NCBI RefSeq assembly: GCF_009914755.1 | Contig: NC_060932.1 | DNA: 64,000 nt | From: the human T2T-CHM13v2.0 reference genome, Homo sapiens | Reading direction: 5' to 3' (one strand) | In this document: positions 37,985 to 50,384 of the stretch, one piece after another | Numbering within the stretch: position 1 is the first letter of the stretch | Layout of the letters: the number at the start of each line of letters is the position of its first letter | Notes under the pieces: model-generated | Told to the model about the DNA's origin: nothing | What the model saw: only the letters and a program-made list of their open reading frames with translations | The model's database searches: none | Program-made: the position numbers and the translations under genes

Positions 37985-39250
37985 TATTTTTAACAGCTTT
38001 ATTGAGGATGAAGTGGTATCAAATGAACTCTAGACACTTAAAGTGTACAGTTTGATAAACCTGCAAAAAATCACCATAGTAAGGATAATAAACATCGTTC
38101 ACCCCAAAACTTTCATCATATACCTTTATAATTCCTTATCTTTGATTCCTGCATGCAAATTCTCCTTCCTTTCCCTCTATCCCTGGGCAAGAACTGATCT
38201 GGTTTTTGTCATTATAGATTAGCTTGCATTTTCTAAAATGTTACGTGCACAGAATTATATGTATATTATTTTTAAAACCTGACTTCTTTTACTCAGCATG
38301 GTTATTTTAATATTCATCCAAGTTTTAGCATATATACATAGTTCACTTATTTTTATTGCTGAATGGCATTTCGTTGTATGACCATACCAAAGTTTGTTTA
38401 TCCATTCACCTGCTGGTGGGCATTAGGTTTGTTTCCAGTTTGGAGCTACTACAAACAGAAATACTATAAATATTCTATACACATTTTTACATGAACATAT
38501 GCTATTATTTATCTTGGGTTCAAACCTAAGAGTGGAATATCTGGACCATATGGTAGATACATGTTTAGCTTTTTTGAAAACTTTCAAACAGTTTCTTGAG
38601 TGGTTTTGCCATTTTACATTCCCATCAGCAGTTTTTATGAGTTCCTGTTTTTCCATATCCTCACCAACACTTCATGTTGAATGTCTTTTCAGATTATTTG
38701 GTGTTCATGTATCTTCTTTGTGAAATGCTTCTGTAAATCATTTTGTCAATTTTTTGTTTATTTTTTTCTTTTGACATAGTTATAAATTAACATACAGCTA
38801 TAAGAAATAATATAGGGAAACTCCATGTATTCTTTATATAATTTTTTCTAATGGTAACACCTTGCAAAACTATAGTGAAATTTTAAAACCAAGATACTGA
38901 CATTGATTGATACAATCCACTGATCTGATTTCAATGTTCTCAGTTGCACTTGTGCTTCTAGGTATATGAGTGTGTATGTAAGAGTGTGTATGTTGAACCA
39001 TATGCAATCTTATCATATGTGCCTATTTTTTTCTCATTATTGAGTTTTGAGAGCTCTTTATATATCATGAATATGATTTCTTTAGCAGATATATGCTTTA
39101 TAAATACTTTCTTCCACTCTGTGTCATGTCTTCCTGTTCTCTAAATACTATGTTTAGGAGATGAGCACTTTTTTGATATCAACTAGGTACAATTTATAAA
39201 TTTACTATTTTGTGGATCATGCTTTTGGTGAAATATCTAAAAATCTTGCT
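37985..39250 (-). mobile_element. L1MB/MC 3' region (composite, with another L1M 3' piece at about 38760-39025)
   Basis: TTTTAACAGCTTTATTGAGG...AAAGTGTACAG; reverse translation includes ADGNVKW and LFVVAPNWKQ, resembling the ORF2p C-terminus. Confidence 0.85.
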
Positions 39251-39696
39251 ATATGGGGTGTTTAGAAATATGTATGTTTGCCAGAGTTCTATAACACTAC
39301 TCTACTACTATAAGGAACTATTTATAGTACTACCACTATACTATTCTATTATCCATAAAGCAATTATGTAGTTGCATTTCTCCATATCTTAAACTCCCCT
39401 AAGCTGTTTGAGGGCAATTACCATTATACCTTATTTAATTTTATAGCCTTAGTGTCACATGTTTGGAATAAAGTAACTATTTAAAACTATTTATGAAAGA
39501 AAAGAAAATATAATAAGAAATAAATAAGGGAGATGGGAGAGAGAGAGAAAGAGAGGATATAAGAATGACATTTTCATGTAATTAGTACTCATAATTGAAA
39601 GCAACATTTTATGTTTTATATCAGTTACCTCCTGTTCACTACAATGACTATTGCTATCCTTAAAACATATATATGATACTTTAAGAACTTGAATTG

Positions 39697-39847
39697 TGGA
39701 GGATCAACTGAACTCAGGAAGTTGAGGCCTGAGTGATCCAAGATCATGCCACTGAACTCCAGCCAGGAAAATGAGAGTGAGACACTTTCTCAAAATAATA
39801 ATAATCATCATCATAATAATAATCATAATAATAATGATAATAATAAT
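39697..39847 (+). mobile_element. Alu 3' fragment with (AAT)n/(CAT)n tail
   Basis: GGAGGATCAACTGAACTCAGGAAGTTGAGG...ATCATGCCACTGAACTCCAGCC; near-TSD AACTTG(A/C)ATT at 39686-39695 and 39848-39857. Confidence 0.82.
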
Positions 39848-40549
39848 AACTTGCATTCTTGCATTGTGTTAGCATAGAAATTCAAACCCTGCTTGGCTGA
39901 ATCATGAGTAATTGTTCCATCCTGCACTGATAGATTTCTTAGCCATTTCTAGATGTTTTAATTTTAAAAGAAACATTATAATCAAGTAGAACAGATGAGT
40001 CAGGATCAAAATAAACTACACATAAATCTCAGTCATGCACCATGTAAACCAAATTGTGAGATTCGTGAGTCTCAGGATTCTCCCACCTCCCAGTTGAAGC
40101 CCCTAGGGAAGACATTCCTAATCATTCTGTTTCTAAAAATAAGACCACATATTGACTTCAAATCTGTCTGTTGTCACTTTAAGCTTTATTTGTTGACCCA
40201 AATTATCCCTCTTTTCCGTGGCAATGCTTCAGAGGCTATAAAGCTAATCACAGAGCATGTTTTAGTAAGTTTGATAAATAAAGGTTATCCAATGCCTAGT
40301 GGTCTTGTTCTCCTGACAAACCAATGTTTTCATTCAGGTAAGCACTTCTCCTACGTGTGAGCAACACCATTTTGGGAAGGGGAGCTTGATTGCCTAAAGG
40401 CAAACAGTATTTTCTTCAATGTGGAAAGTTACTGGCTCAGTGAGGAAGATTAGTACAGCATTAAATAAAAGTTGTCCACAGTTAATCTGCTGTGTGGGAC
40501 AGAGCTGGAGCTCCTTCACACTCTAAATGTATTCCTTGGTCGTGGTCTA

Positions 40550-40715
40550 GCATTTTAATATCTCTATGCCAAACGTTTTTATTTATAAAATGGGAATAAT
40601 TATAGTTACTGCTTTACATATTTTTTGAGAAGAATTAAGTCTTGTTAAGTACTCGAACAGTGCCTGAAACATAGTAAGTACTAATTAAAATGTAGCCTTA
40701 ATTATTGTTGTTATT
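40550..40715 (+). mobile_element. MIR 3' part
   Basis: TAAAATGGGAATAAT...GAACAGTGCCTGAAACATAGTAAGTACT. Confidence 0.78.
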
Positions 40716-41371
40716 AGGAACTGATCTTTGAACTACCTGTCCAGTTCAGAGTAAATATAAGAACTCTTGCTTTTAACACCATAACAAAAGCATACTCTCT
40801 TTTGCTGACTCTGAACAGTCTCATTTGATGCTGGTAATTTATTGATAAGAGAGAAACCAGCCTTGAGATAAAAAAAAGAAAGGAAGAGACAAGGTTTTTG
40901 ATTGTATTCATTGAGATGCTGAATTGTATGGCTTGAAGTCTACACACCACTTTAGACACAGTGGCATGATCTAATAAATGCTCATGATTGCAGAAACTGA
41001 TACTTTCACCATTTAAATAATAGCAAGCAAATGCTTAGCTAAGACTTTGAGATTTTGATCCCAATTTTTCTAAGAATGCATTGAGTATTAATTTTATTAT
41101 ACCCTAACTAGATCCATAATTATGGTTACAAAGAGCAGAGAAAGGTTTTCATGCTATTTAAAAGCAACAGATCCTAAGAGAGTGTCATTCAGTGTCCAGA
41201 GAGGAGCGCATTTTCTGAAGATGAAGATGAAAGGCAGAAATTTCAAGAGGTTGAGCGTAATGTAGTTTACAACAAGGGCACTTTGTGGACCCAGAAGTGT
41301 GTCATTATGTGTACATGTTTAAAGGACCATTATAGGTGATTTTCTATCATGTTAAGCTCTTAAATCTAGTG

Positions 41372-41426
41372 ACTCTGTCTCTCTCTTTCTCTGTCTCGCT
41401 CTCTCTCTCTGTGTGTGTGTGTGTGT
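41372..41426. repeat. (TC)n(TG)n microsatellite
   Basis: Direct reading. Confidence 0.88.
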
Positions 41427-41824
41427 TTCTAACAGTACTTGGCAGATTTGTTGATGTTTTCCGAAATTCATGTGTTTTGATTTGCTTTTCTTCTTAGGTT
41501 AGGAATTTGGGGCATATTTATTCAGCAATCACTATGAACTATGCTTTAATAAACCCCAGCTGAGATTTTATTAACCATGTTAATGTTAATAAATATGAAA
41601 CAGGAAATGGATACGAAATATAGATATACATCCCAAAAGAAATTGAGGTTTGTAGCACACCCACAGCTCCTTAGACCTTTACTGTCTTTTACATGGGAAT
41701 TTCTTGTTAGCCGAAAACATGTGTCGGAAAATAGCTATGTCTAAATTTCAACAATGGATACTTTGAAGTTAGCTTCTTATATGATAATATAAGAAAATTC
41801 AAATGTTCTTCATGCTAATATAAT

Positions 41825-42022
41825 AATTATCACAGACAGTATTTATTAACTCTCCTCTGTGCCAGGTCTACTGTGATAGGCATTGCACACTTGTGATCTC
41901 ATTTAATTCTCATCGTAGTATTCGCAAGCAGTGAGAATAGAATTATTTTCTATTTCACTTGCATTTAATAGAAGAGAAAACTGAGATTCAAAGAGGTTAA
42001 ATAAGTTGTGCAAAGTCACAAA
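41825..42022 (-). mobile_element. MIR
   Basis: TGTGCCAGG...TCTCATTTAATTCTCA...GAAAACTGAGATTCAAAGAGGTTAAATAAGTTG. Confidence 0.82.
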
Positions 42023-42029
42023 GCACAAA

Positions 42030-44076
42030 GAAAGTGTGTAAATTTAAAATTTTTGACCTCTTCCTTTTAAGAGCTTGGGTCTCTGTCTTCTGTCCTTGGA
42101 TCTGATTGGGCTTTCTGTATGTTTTGAATAAGAAAATACGAAGGAGGCGATGCTGCCTGTATCAGTACCTAGGTAATTCAGAGACCAGTAGTTTCAATTT
42201 CCTGTCTCTTAGAAAGTTGCCTTTTGGAAAACACCCCTAGATGCCTGGCCCTAGAGGAAGCCAACACTAGTCTAACAGTCTTGGAAGAAAGTGAAACCAT
42301 AACAGGTGGTTCTGAAAGATGAAACATCTGGGGGAAGGAATGAGAGGGGAAGGACACCAAGACACTAGGTCCATGAGACAAGATGCTATCTTGGAAGAGG
42401 ATACCCTAGCCCCAGATGTTCACTGATCTTATGTGAATCAAGGGTAATCCACCTAATTGACATATTTTTGAACATCTGAACTACAATGTCAGAAGGGCAA
42501 TTAAAGTTTATTTTAAGCATTAAGTTTTGAGGTATTAAAAATGACATAGCATTAGACAACTGGAACACAATTTTGTCCCTAGAATCAGGATGCTACCTTA
42601 ACAAAACGTTTTTAAAAATTGGCATTGGTTTTCGGTCTGGTCAATGTACTGGAACTAGAGTAGGTTTGAAGACATTGAGAGCTTGAGGGGCAGCAAGCAA
42701 AATGCCATTAGAGAAAGGAGAAAGGAGAAAAGATGAAGTGTATTTTGCAGTGGTGGTAAGCTCAGTGAAATTGCTGCTTGTAATAATAATAATAATAAAA
42801 AGGAAAAGTAGAAAAGGAACTGGTATATTTGGCTAATGATATTTTTAGGCAAAATGTTGAAAGTGTTAAATGATTTAGACGTGTATGAAAATGTGTACCT
42901 AGTGACAGATGAGTTGAAAAAAAACCTATTTGATATTTTAGTAGTAGTATGGGAAATACAAATAATATAGGACTGGCCTAGTTTGAAAAATGGAGCTATT
43001 TCTCATGCACATTTCTACAATTAGCAAATGATTCTCAAAGTAGGTCACAGCCCCAAAGAAAGAAAACAAATGCAGAGTATTGCCACTGATTTGACCTGTG
43101 GCTTCACAGTAAAATTCAAATCAAAGATGTTCTGTAAGATCTTGATGAGACCTGGGAAAAGTTTAGAGTTACTTCATAGATGCTCTTAATTAAACAAACT
43201 AGCCCATAAAGATGGTATAGTCATGACCTGTAAACTCATTCAAACTGTAGAAACTCTAAGAATGCTAAGTATGATCTCATAGTAGCTTTACAATGGTTCC
43301 AGGTCTTGGAATATAAATATGGGTGTGGTTAATAAAGAGGAGTATTGATAATATAAGATTGCCATAAAAGTGTTAAAGGAATTATACCAGCTTACATTGA
43401 CAGAAAGATAAATACCCAAAATGTGTGTATACATACATACGTGTGTGTATATATATTTACACACACACACATACATAGTTTTAAATATATTAAAAACATA
43501 TGATGTACTGTTATATAAACACACATATATATGTATATATGCCTTTGGATTTCTAATTATGGGCAAGAAGCTGGCTAAGATAACTGCAAGTAAAAGATAA
43601 ATCTTATAAAAAGAAAGGATGATTTGGAGGGTGCAATCCAGAACCCAGAAGTTATAGGCAGTAGTTGCAGGATATTATTTCCTAATCAAGCAGTAGAATA
43701 ACATGACAATGTGGTTTCAGAATTGGTATGGCTCATTGACCATTTCATGACTTCTTTACTCCTTTATTTGAGGAGAACTGTGTATTACAGTTTCCCTATA
43801 CCTCTCTCCTCACTGAATACTGTATGTGTTGGGTGGGGTGGGGAGAAATAATGTCTCTTTAATCCACAGGTTTTAAGTTTAAGAAAAACTACACTCAAGC
43901 AGATTCCTCCAACATAAATTCAATGTATATGGCAATGCTGACTTCCATTTTGAGCATGAAAAAGTAAGGGGATGAGACTTTTAAGTGTCTTGGGAGCCAA
44001 TTATATATTTTCTGTGATATAGCAAGGCAACTATTCTGCGACCAGACGGTGTATGGTGGCAGAATAAAGACAGTCA
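42030..44076 (+). mobile_element. Old MLT1 LTR plus MLT1-int internal sequence, degraded
   Basis: LTR-like 42030-42569 (TTAAGCATTAAGTTTTGAGG...AGATAAC-like end), then MaLR-int-like start AATTTTGTCCCTAGAA; possible start of a 3' LTR (TATGGTGGCAGAATAA) near 44052. Confidence 0.55.
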
Positions 44077-44077
44077 C

Positions 44078-44322
44078 TATATTAGTTTGCTAGGGCTGCT
44101 ATGAAAAGGTACTACCAACTGGGTTGTTAAAACTACATAAATATATTATCTCACAATTCTGGAGGCTAGAAGTACAAGACAAAGGTGTAAGTAGGACTGG
44201 TTCCTTCTGAAGGCCTGGGGGAGAATCTCTTCCATACCTCTCTCCTAGCCTCTGGTGGTTTAATGGCAATCTTTCATATGCCTTAGTTTTTTTCCTAACT
44301 TCTGTCTTTATCTTCATATAGC
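44078..44322 (-). mobile_element. MLT1C-like LTR, 3' half
   Basis: TATTAGTTTGCTAGGGCTGC...TCTCACAATTCTGGAGGCTAGAAGT...CTCTCTCCTAGCCTCTGGTGG. Confidence 0.85.
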
Positions 44323-45219
44323 ATACTGAGTGGAAGGATATTTGTGCCTATCATGTGACACAGCAGAAAATCTTCCAGACAAAAGATTAGAACACTTAAT
44401 TAAATAAAACGCAAAGAGCACAAAGAAAGTGTATGAAAGCGATTTGGAAGTCATCTATCAAAAGGACACAGCTCAAGATATCCCAGGGATGGTGTTTAGA
44501 TGGTATTCCATATTAAATCATATTTTTATCTTTAGACTGATGAGCACTGCTGCCTAATTGGAATTTCCTGTTCAGTGTGTGTTAGGAGACAATTGTATAA
44601 TAATATTTTGCTCCTCTTTCTACATGGGAAATGCCTGAACTGCATGGGTTAGATAGAATTTACACTTCATTCTTCATATTCAGTTAGAGCTCAGTCCTGC
44701 TTGGGCCCAGTGAGGAGCCAAATACTGTACACCTCACAATTGTATGCCCTCTGGACAACAGAAGGAAACATATATGCACCAGATTCCACATAATCCTGTT
44801 CCCATTGATCCAAGGGTTGCCCCACAAGGCATTAATAAATGTGCACTTTCAGATTCTGTTGCAATTTTGCATTTATAGGACATGGAAGAACTAACAACTA
44901 AAACCTTCCTTGATTAGTCATCTGAGTTTTAGTTTTACTTCTTTCTGTGACATACGGCACTGAGATTCAGTTGCCTCTAACAACATGAGAGACTAGAAAA
45001 TGACCGTGTGTAGTTGTTGTGTTAGAGTCAGTAGAATCATTACTACATCATCTGGTGAAAATCCAGTTGATTCTGTTGGACAGAGCCTCAAGCTGAGGGT
45101 ACACAAAGTACAAATTCCCAAAGTGGGTTACTAGAGCAATGATCAATTCATCTCTCACATCTCAGTTCCCAGACCCTTTAATCCTAACCTTTGGGACAGA
45201 GGACTATATATATTGCCTG

Positions 45220-45929
45220 TTGATTCTGTCCATATACGTGAGGGCTATACTCCAAGACCTCCGGTGGATGCCTGAAACTGAGCATAGTATGAAGCCATTT
45301 GATGCCAATCAGAACACGTTTCTGCTCATGTCTTCTACTCACAGACTTTTCTTTCTAACTAAGCACTTATCACACTAGCTGTAACTTTTGCGGTTTGATG
45401 TGTGACAGCAAAACTAGCACAATTTTTTTTTCCTCTTCACAATTTTACTGATAGAAGATGTGTTCTTACCTTAGATCTTAGCACTCTCAGCATACAATAC
45501 TTTTTCTTTCCTTATTAACTAGAAAACTTTCACCTTTTCACTGAGAGAAATCATTTTTATGGCCTCTCTTCAGCATTTCCTAATTGCCAACATCACTATT
45601 CTTCCATTTCAGGGACATTATTAAGTAAAATAAGGATTATTTTTACACGGGCACTGCAATACTGTGACAGTTGATCTGATAACCTAGAGGGCTACTAAGT
45701 GACTTACAGTTGACCACATAGGCTGTACAAAGGGATGATTCATGTCAGGGCAGGTCAAAGCAGGACCATATGAAATTTCATCACACTACTCAGAACAGCC
45801 TGCGATTTAAAACTTATCAATTGCATGCTGTTTTAGAATATTCCGTTTAATATTTTCAGACCATGGTTGACAGCAGGTAACTGAAACCATGGAAAGCAAA
45901 ATGGTAGATAAGGGAGGACAACTTTACTG
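45220..45929 (-). mobile_element. MER44 (Tigger7-derived DNA transposon, about 710 bp)
   Basis: GAAATTTCATCACACTACTCAGAAC...TTAATATTTTCAGACCATGGTTGAC..CAGGTAACTGAAACC..GGAAAGC...GATAAGGG matches the reverse complement of the MER44 5' end. Confidence 0.85.
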
Positions 45930-46269
45930 AATCCTGGAGGAAAGCACTCCAACCCACAGGGTGTTGTCTCTGAGCCAGTACCTTAGCTGATCCTTCCACT
46001 GACCATTGCAACATCTATCGTGTAGCTGCTCTAGGTGATGTGGTTTATGGTAGCACAAATGAATCCTGGATCGTGTGTTTACTGTGACACATGGTACTAA
46101 GATTCAGTTGCCCCCAACCATTGCAAAAACTGCTCTGTCATGGAAAGGGTCTCTCATTCTGAAGAGATGTTGTGTGGGATCCCATTTCAGCAAATCAATC
46201 ATTCTTGTCTGGAGCCTCTGAGGAAAATTTTTATTTCCAAACTTATTTTACATGTTGGAAAAATGTATA

Positions 46270-46640
46270 TCCTTGAAGTTAGAGGACTGATGTTCCCATT
46301 GCCTTGCTGGCTGTCAACTGAAGACCACTCTGGGGTCTTAGAGGCAGCCACGTTTCTTACAGAATTGTCTCCTCCATCTCCAAGCTCACAGTGACACATC
46401 AAATTCTTCTTGCACTTTGAATCTCCAATTTTCTGTTCTGTGACCAGCCAGAAATATGGTTGTTTTCAAAGGGCTCATTTGATTAGGTAAAATCCACCAG
46501 GATAATATTCCATCATAAAGTCAACTGTGCCAATTAATATATTCTAATCACAGGACTAAAGTCCATCATATTCATAGTCCTAGGGACTATTCAGGAAATG
46601 CACACCAAGGGTGGGATATCTTGGGAGCCCTCCTAGATTT
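46270..46640 (-). mobile_element. MLT1E-like LTR fragment
   Basis: AAAGGGCTCATTTGATTAGG...CCAGGATAAT...AAGTCAACTG...ATCTTGGGAGCC. Confidence 0.7.
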
Positions 46641-47141
46641 ATTAAAGCAGGAAAGACAAACACATACCCAATGCAGGTGTCAATTGTGGTAATGATACAT
46701 CTCTGCCCCATCCAGAAAAGAAAGAACCTACTATAATCTAACCAGGCTCACCATGGATGGTGCTACAATGAATTCTCAGTGTCACACTTCAATAATATAG
46801 CAGCATGAACAAACAGCCGTGAGAATCTAGCTTGGTGAGAGAAAGTCCATGCTGTTGGGCACATGCATAGTTTCCATCTGATCACTTCATCCCGTCTGTT
46901 CATGGTCTTGTTTTGCCAGCACCAGAATGGCTGAGAATCAAGGCAGAGTGACATACTCAGGATAGATTATTCTGATTGTTAAGTATTTCTTCTTTGCTGG
47001 TTGCTCTATAGTGGGCTCTAAGAAAAAAAAAAGATCTTTACCTTTGTGTTCACATATTTTCCCATCCATTCATACAGGTGTGTCATCCCTCAACATCCTT
47101 GCTCTGATTTTTCATTCTTGACTCTTTAAGGCTTTTGACTA

Positions 47142-47677
47142 TGTGATTGTTAATATTGAGTGCCAACTTGATTGGATTGAGGGATACAAAGTATTGATCC
47201 TGTGTGTGTAGGTGAGGGTGCTAACAAAGGAGATTAACATTTAAGTTAATGGACTGGGAGAGGCAGACTGACCCTCAATCTGGGTGGGCACCATCTAATC
47301 ATCTGAGGAGGAACATGGAAGAACTAGACTGGCTGAGTCTTCCGGCCTTCATCTTTCTCCTATGCTGGATGCTTTCTGTCCTTGAACATCAGATTCCAAG
47401 TTCTTCAGCTTTTGAACTCTTGGACTTACACCAGTGGTTTGACAGGGTCTCTTGGGCCTTTGGCCACAGACTGAAGGCTGCACTTTCAGCTTCCTTACTT
47501 TTGAGGTTTTGGGACCTAGGCTGATCCACTACTGGCTTCCTTATTCCTCAGCTTGCAGAAGGCCTGTAGTGGACTTTACTTGTGATCTTGTAAGTCAATG
47601 CTCTTCAATAAACTTACTTTCATATACGTACCTCTATCCTATTAATTCAGTCCCTCTAGAGAACCCTGACTAATATA
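47142..47677 (+). mobile_element. MLT2A (HERV-L LTR), solo
   Basis: TGTGATTGTTAATATTGAGTGCCAACTTGATTGGATTGAGGGATACAAAGTATTG...AATAAA...CTAGAGAACCCTGACTAATA; TSD GACTA/GGCTA. Confidence 0.92.
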
Positions 47678-48343
47678 GGCTACATAGCCATCTCATTTGC
47701 CACTCTCCTGCCCAGGCATCTGTATATTTCTGACCTTGAGCCGTTTGTCTTTCTCTTTCATACAGTGAAAGAAAATGTGCACCGCTAGGCACTGTACCCC
47801 CTGGGAGGATTCCTTTCACCGTTGTCCTTAGGGTCACCCTGGAGTAAAGGAGTATGGCTGCTGCTATCCACTGTGAACTCCTGTCAACTTTTCGAAATGA
47901 TTAATGGGAAATTTGGGCCCAAATTTTCTTCCCCTGTCAGTTGGCCATTGGAAAGTTGACTTGAGACGATAAAAAATTGTTAAATTAACATAGATTTTTG
48001 TTAACATGTAATTGATTGAGACACTGCTATAGAGGTGCAGCAGAGGGTGATAGTTTTTTGTTTTCATTTTTTAATATTTGGTTTAGACGGTAAATTTTAA
48101 TAAAAATACCATGTATCAGGAGACAACTCAAAAACTCAAATATCTTTGATAACTTCTAACAAGAATTTCATTAAGTCAACATTCAAATATAGATTTCAGA
48201 GTCAGATTCATTACACTAAAGAGGCCATGATGATTGTTTGACATTAGGGACATCCAGTCCCTTGATTCCTGCCATAGACTTAGAATGGCACAGATGCCCA
48301 CACAACATGTTCCTGAGTTTCACTGTAACTACTGTCGACTTCC

Positions 48344-48643
<300 letters not shown>

Positions 48644-48717
48644 AACCTTCTTGATTCCTCTATTGCTTTCTCTTTAATTTTGCTGTTGGCACCTAATTGT
48701 TTTGGATTAGCAAATAA

Positions 48718-49030
<313 letters not shown>

Positions 49031-49173
49031 CCAACATAGGTAGTATAATACCTTAAGTTCATAACTGATTGATAGTGATGGAAATTAATGAAGAGTGAGG
49101 AAATCTTGAGTCTTTATCACCTATACAACTTTGAAAGCTCTTTAAAGTCCTCTGGACTTTAGCTACTCTTCTA

Positions 49174-49253
49174 TTAGGTTGGTGCAAAAGTAACTGCAGT
49201 TTTTGCCATTCCTTTTAAGAACAACAACTGCAATTTCTTTTGCACTAACCAAA
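49174..49253. mobile_element. MADE1 (Hsmar1-derived 80-bp MITE) within a MIR relic
   Basis: TA|TTAGGTTGGTGCAAAAGTAACTGCAGTTTTTGCCATT...ACTGCAATTTCTTTTGCACTAACC; imperfect palindrome. Confidence 0.92.
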
Positions 49254-49508
49254 AATAAAATGGGATAAAAATATCTGCTAGGCTTAAACTCTCAAGATGC
49301 TTCATAAAATAAATGATTATTGATTGTAAAAAACTACCTGTAGTTTAGAAAACAGATACAAGATTTGTACCATTTTTACAGACTTAGGATAAGTTTTCCT
49401 CTTGCAATACAAATAAATAAGTGTAATTTAGAATTAGCAGTGTAAACAAGGCTCATTTGTAACTCTGTCATTATAATTTATTATTGGCCCATGAAAAGAA
49501 TTAATTAA

Positions 49509-49812
<304 letters not shown>

Positions 49813-49977
49813 TTCAGAATTAATTAACTTTAAATAAAAAGATAATGCTAATTTCAAACTCTTCCTGCCAATAAATTAAAGAAGTTCTCTGCATAACTGC
49901 TATATCGCAATACTTTATATTTGAATTAAGATTTTTTTCCCTGAGTGAAATATAATATACCTATATATCTATAATTT

Positions 49978-50345
49978 CTTTCTTAAATTTTATTTTATTT
50001 CAATAGCTTTTGGGATACAAGTGGTTTTTGGTTGCATAGATGAATTGTGTAGTGGTGAAGTCTGAGATTTTAGTGCACCCATCACCAAGCAGTTTATATT
50101 GTACCCCACTAGGTAGTTTTTCATCCTTGATCCCTCTCTCACCTTACCCCTTTTGGGTCTTCAGTGTCTGTTATACCACTCTGTCTGCCTTTGCTTACTC
50201 ATAGCTTAGCTTCTATTTATAAGTGAGAACATGCAGTATTTGGTTTTTCATTGCTGAGTTACTTCAATAAGAATAATGTCCTCTAGTTCCATCTAAGTGG
50301 CTGCAAAAGACATTATTTCATTTTTTATGGCTGAGTTGTATTCCA

Positions 50346-50384
<39 letters not shown>

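Larger units (their letters stand above)
44680..47880 (-). mobile_element. Second ERVL-type internal (pol/integrase) relic, fragmented by three insertions
   Basis: Reverse reading of 45950-46078 resembles ERVL integrase HGIHWSYHVPHHPEAAG...QLGDNTL.GWG (degraded); homologous to the 28.2-29.8 kb relic. Confidence 0.68.

Noticed and set aside
39995-40360. 121-aa ATG-initiated ORF in unique sequence
   Set aside because: No recognisable homology or promoter context; length is within chance expectation for 64 kb in six frames.
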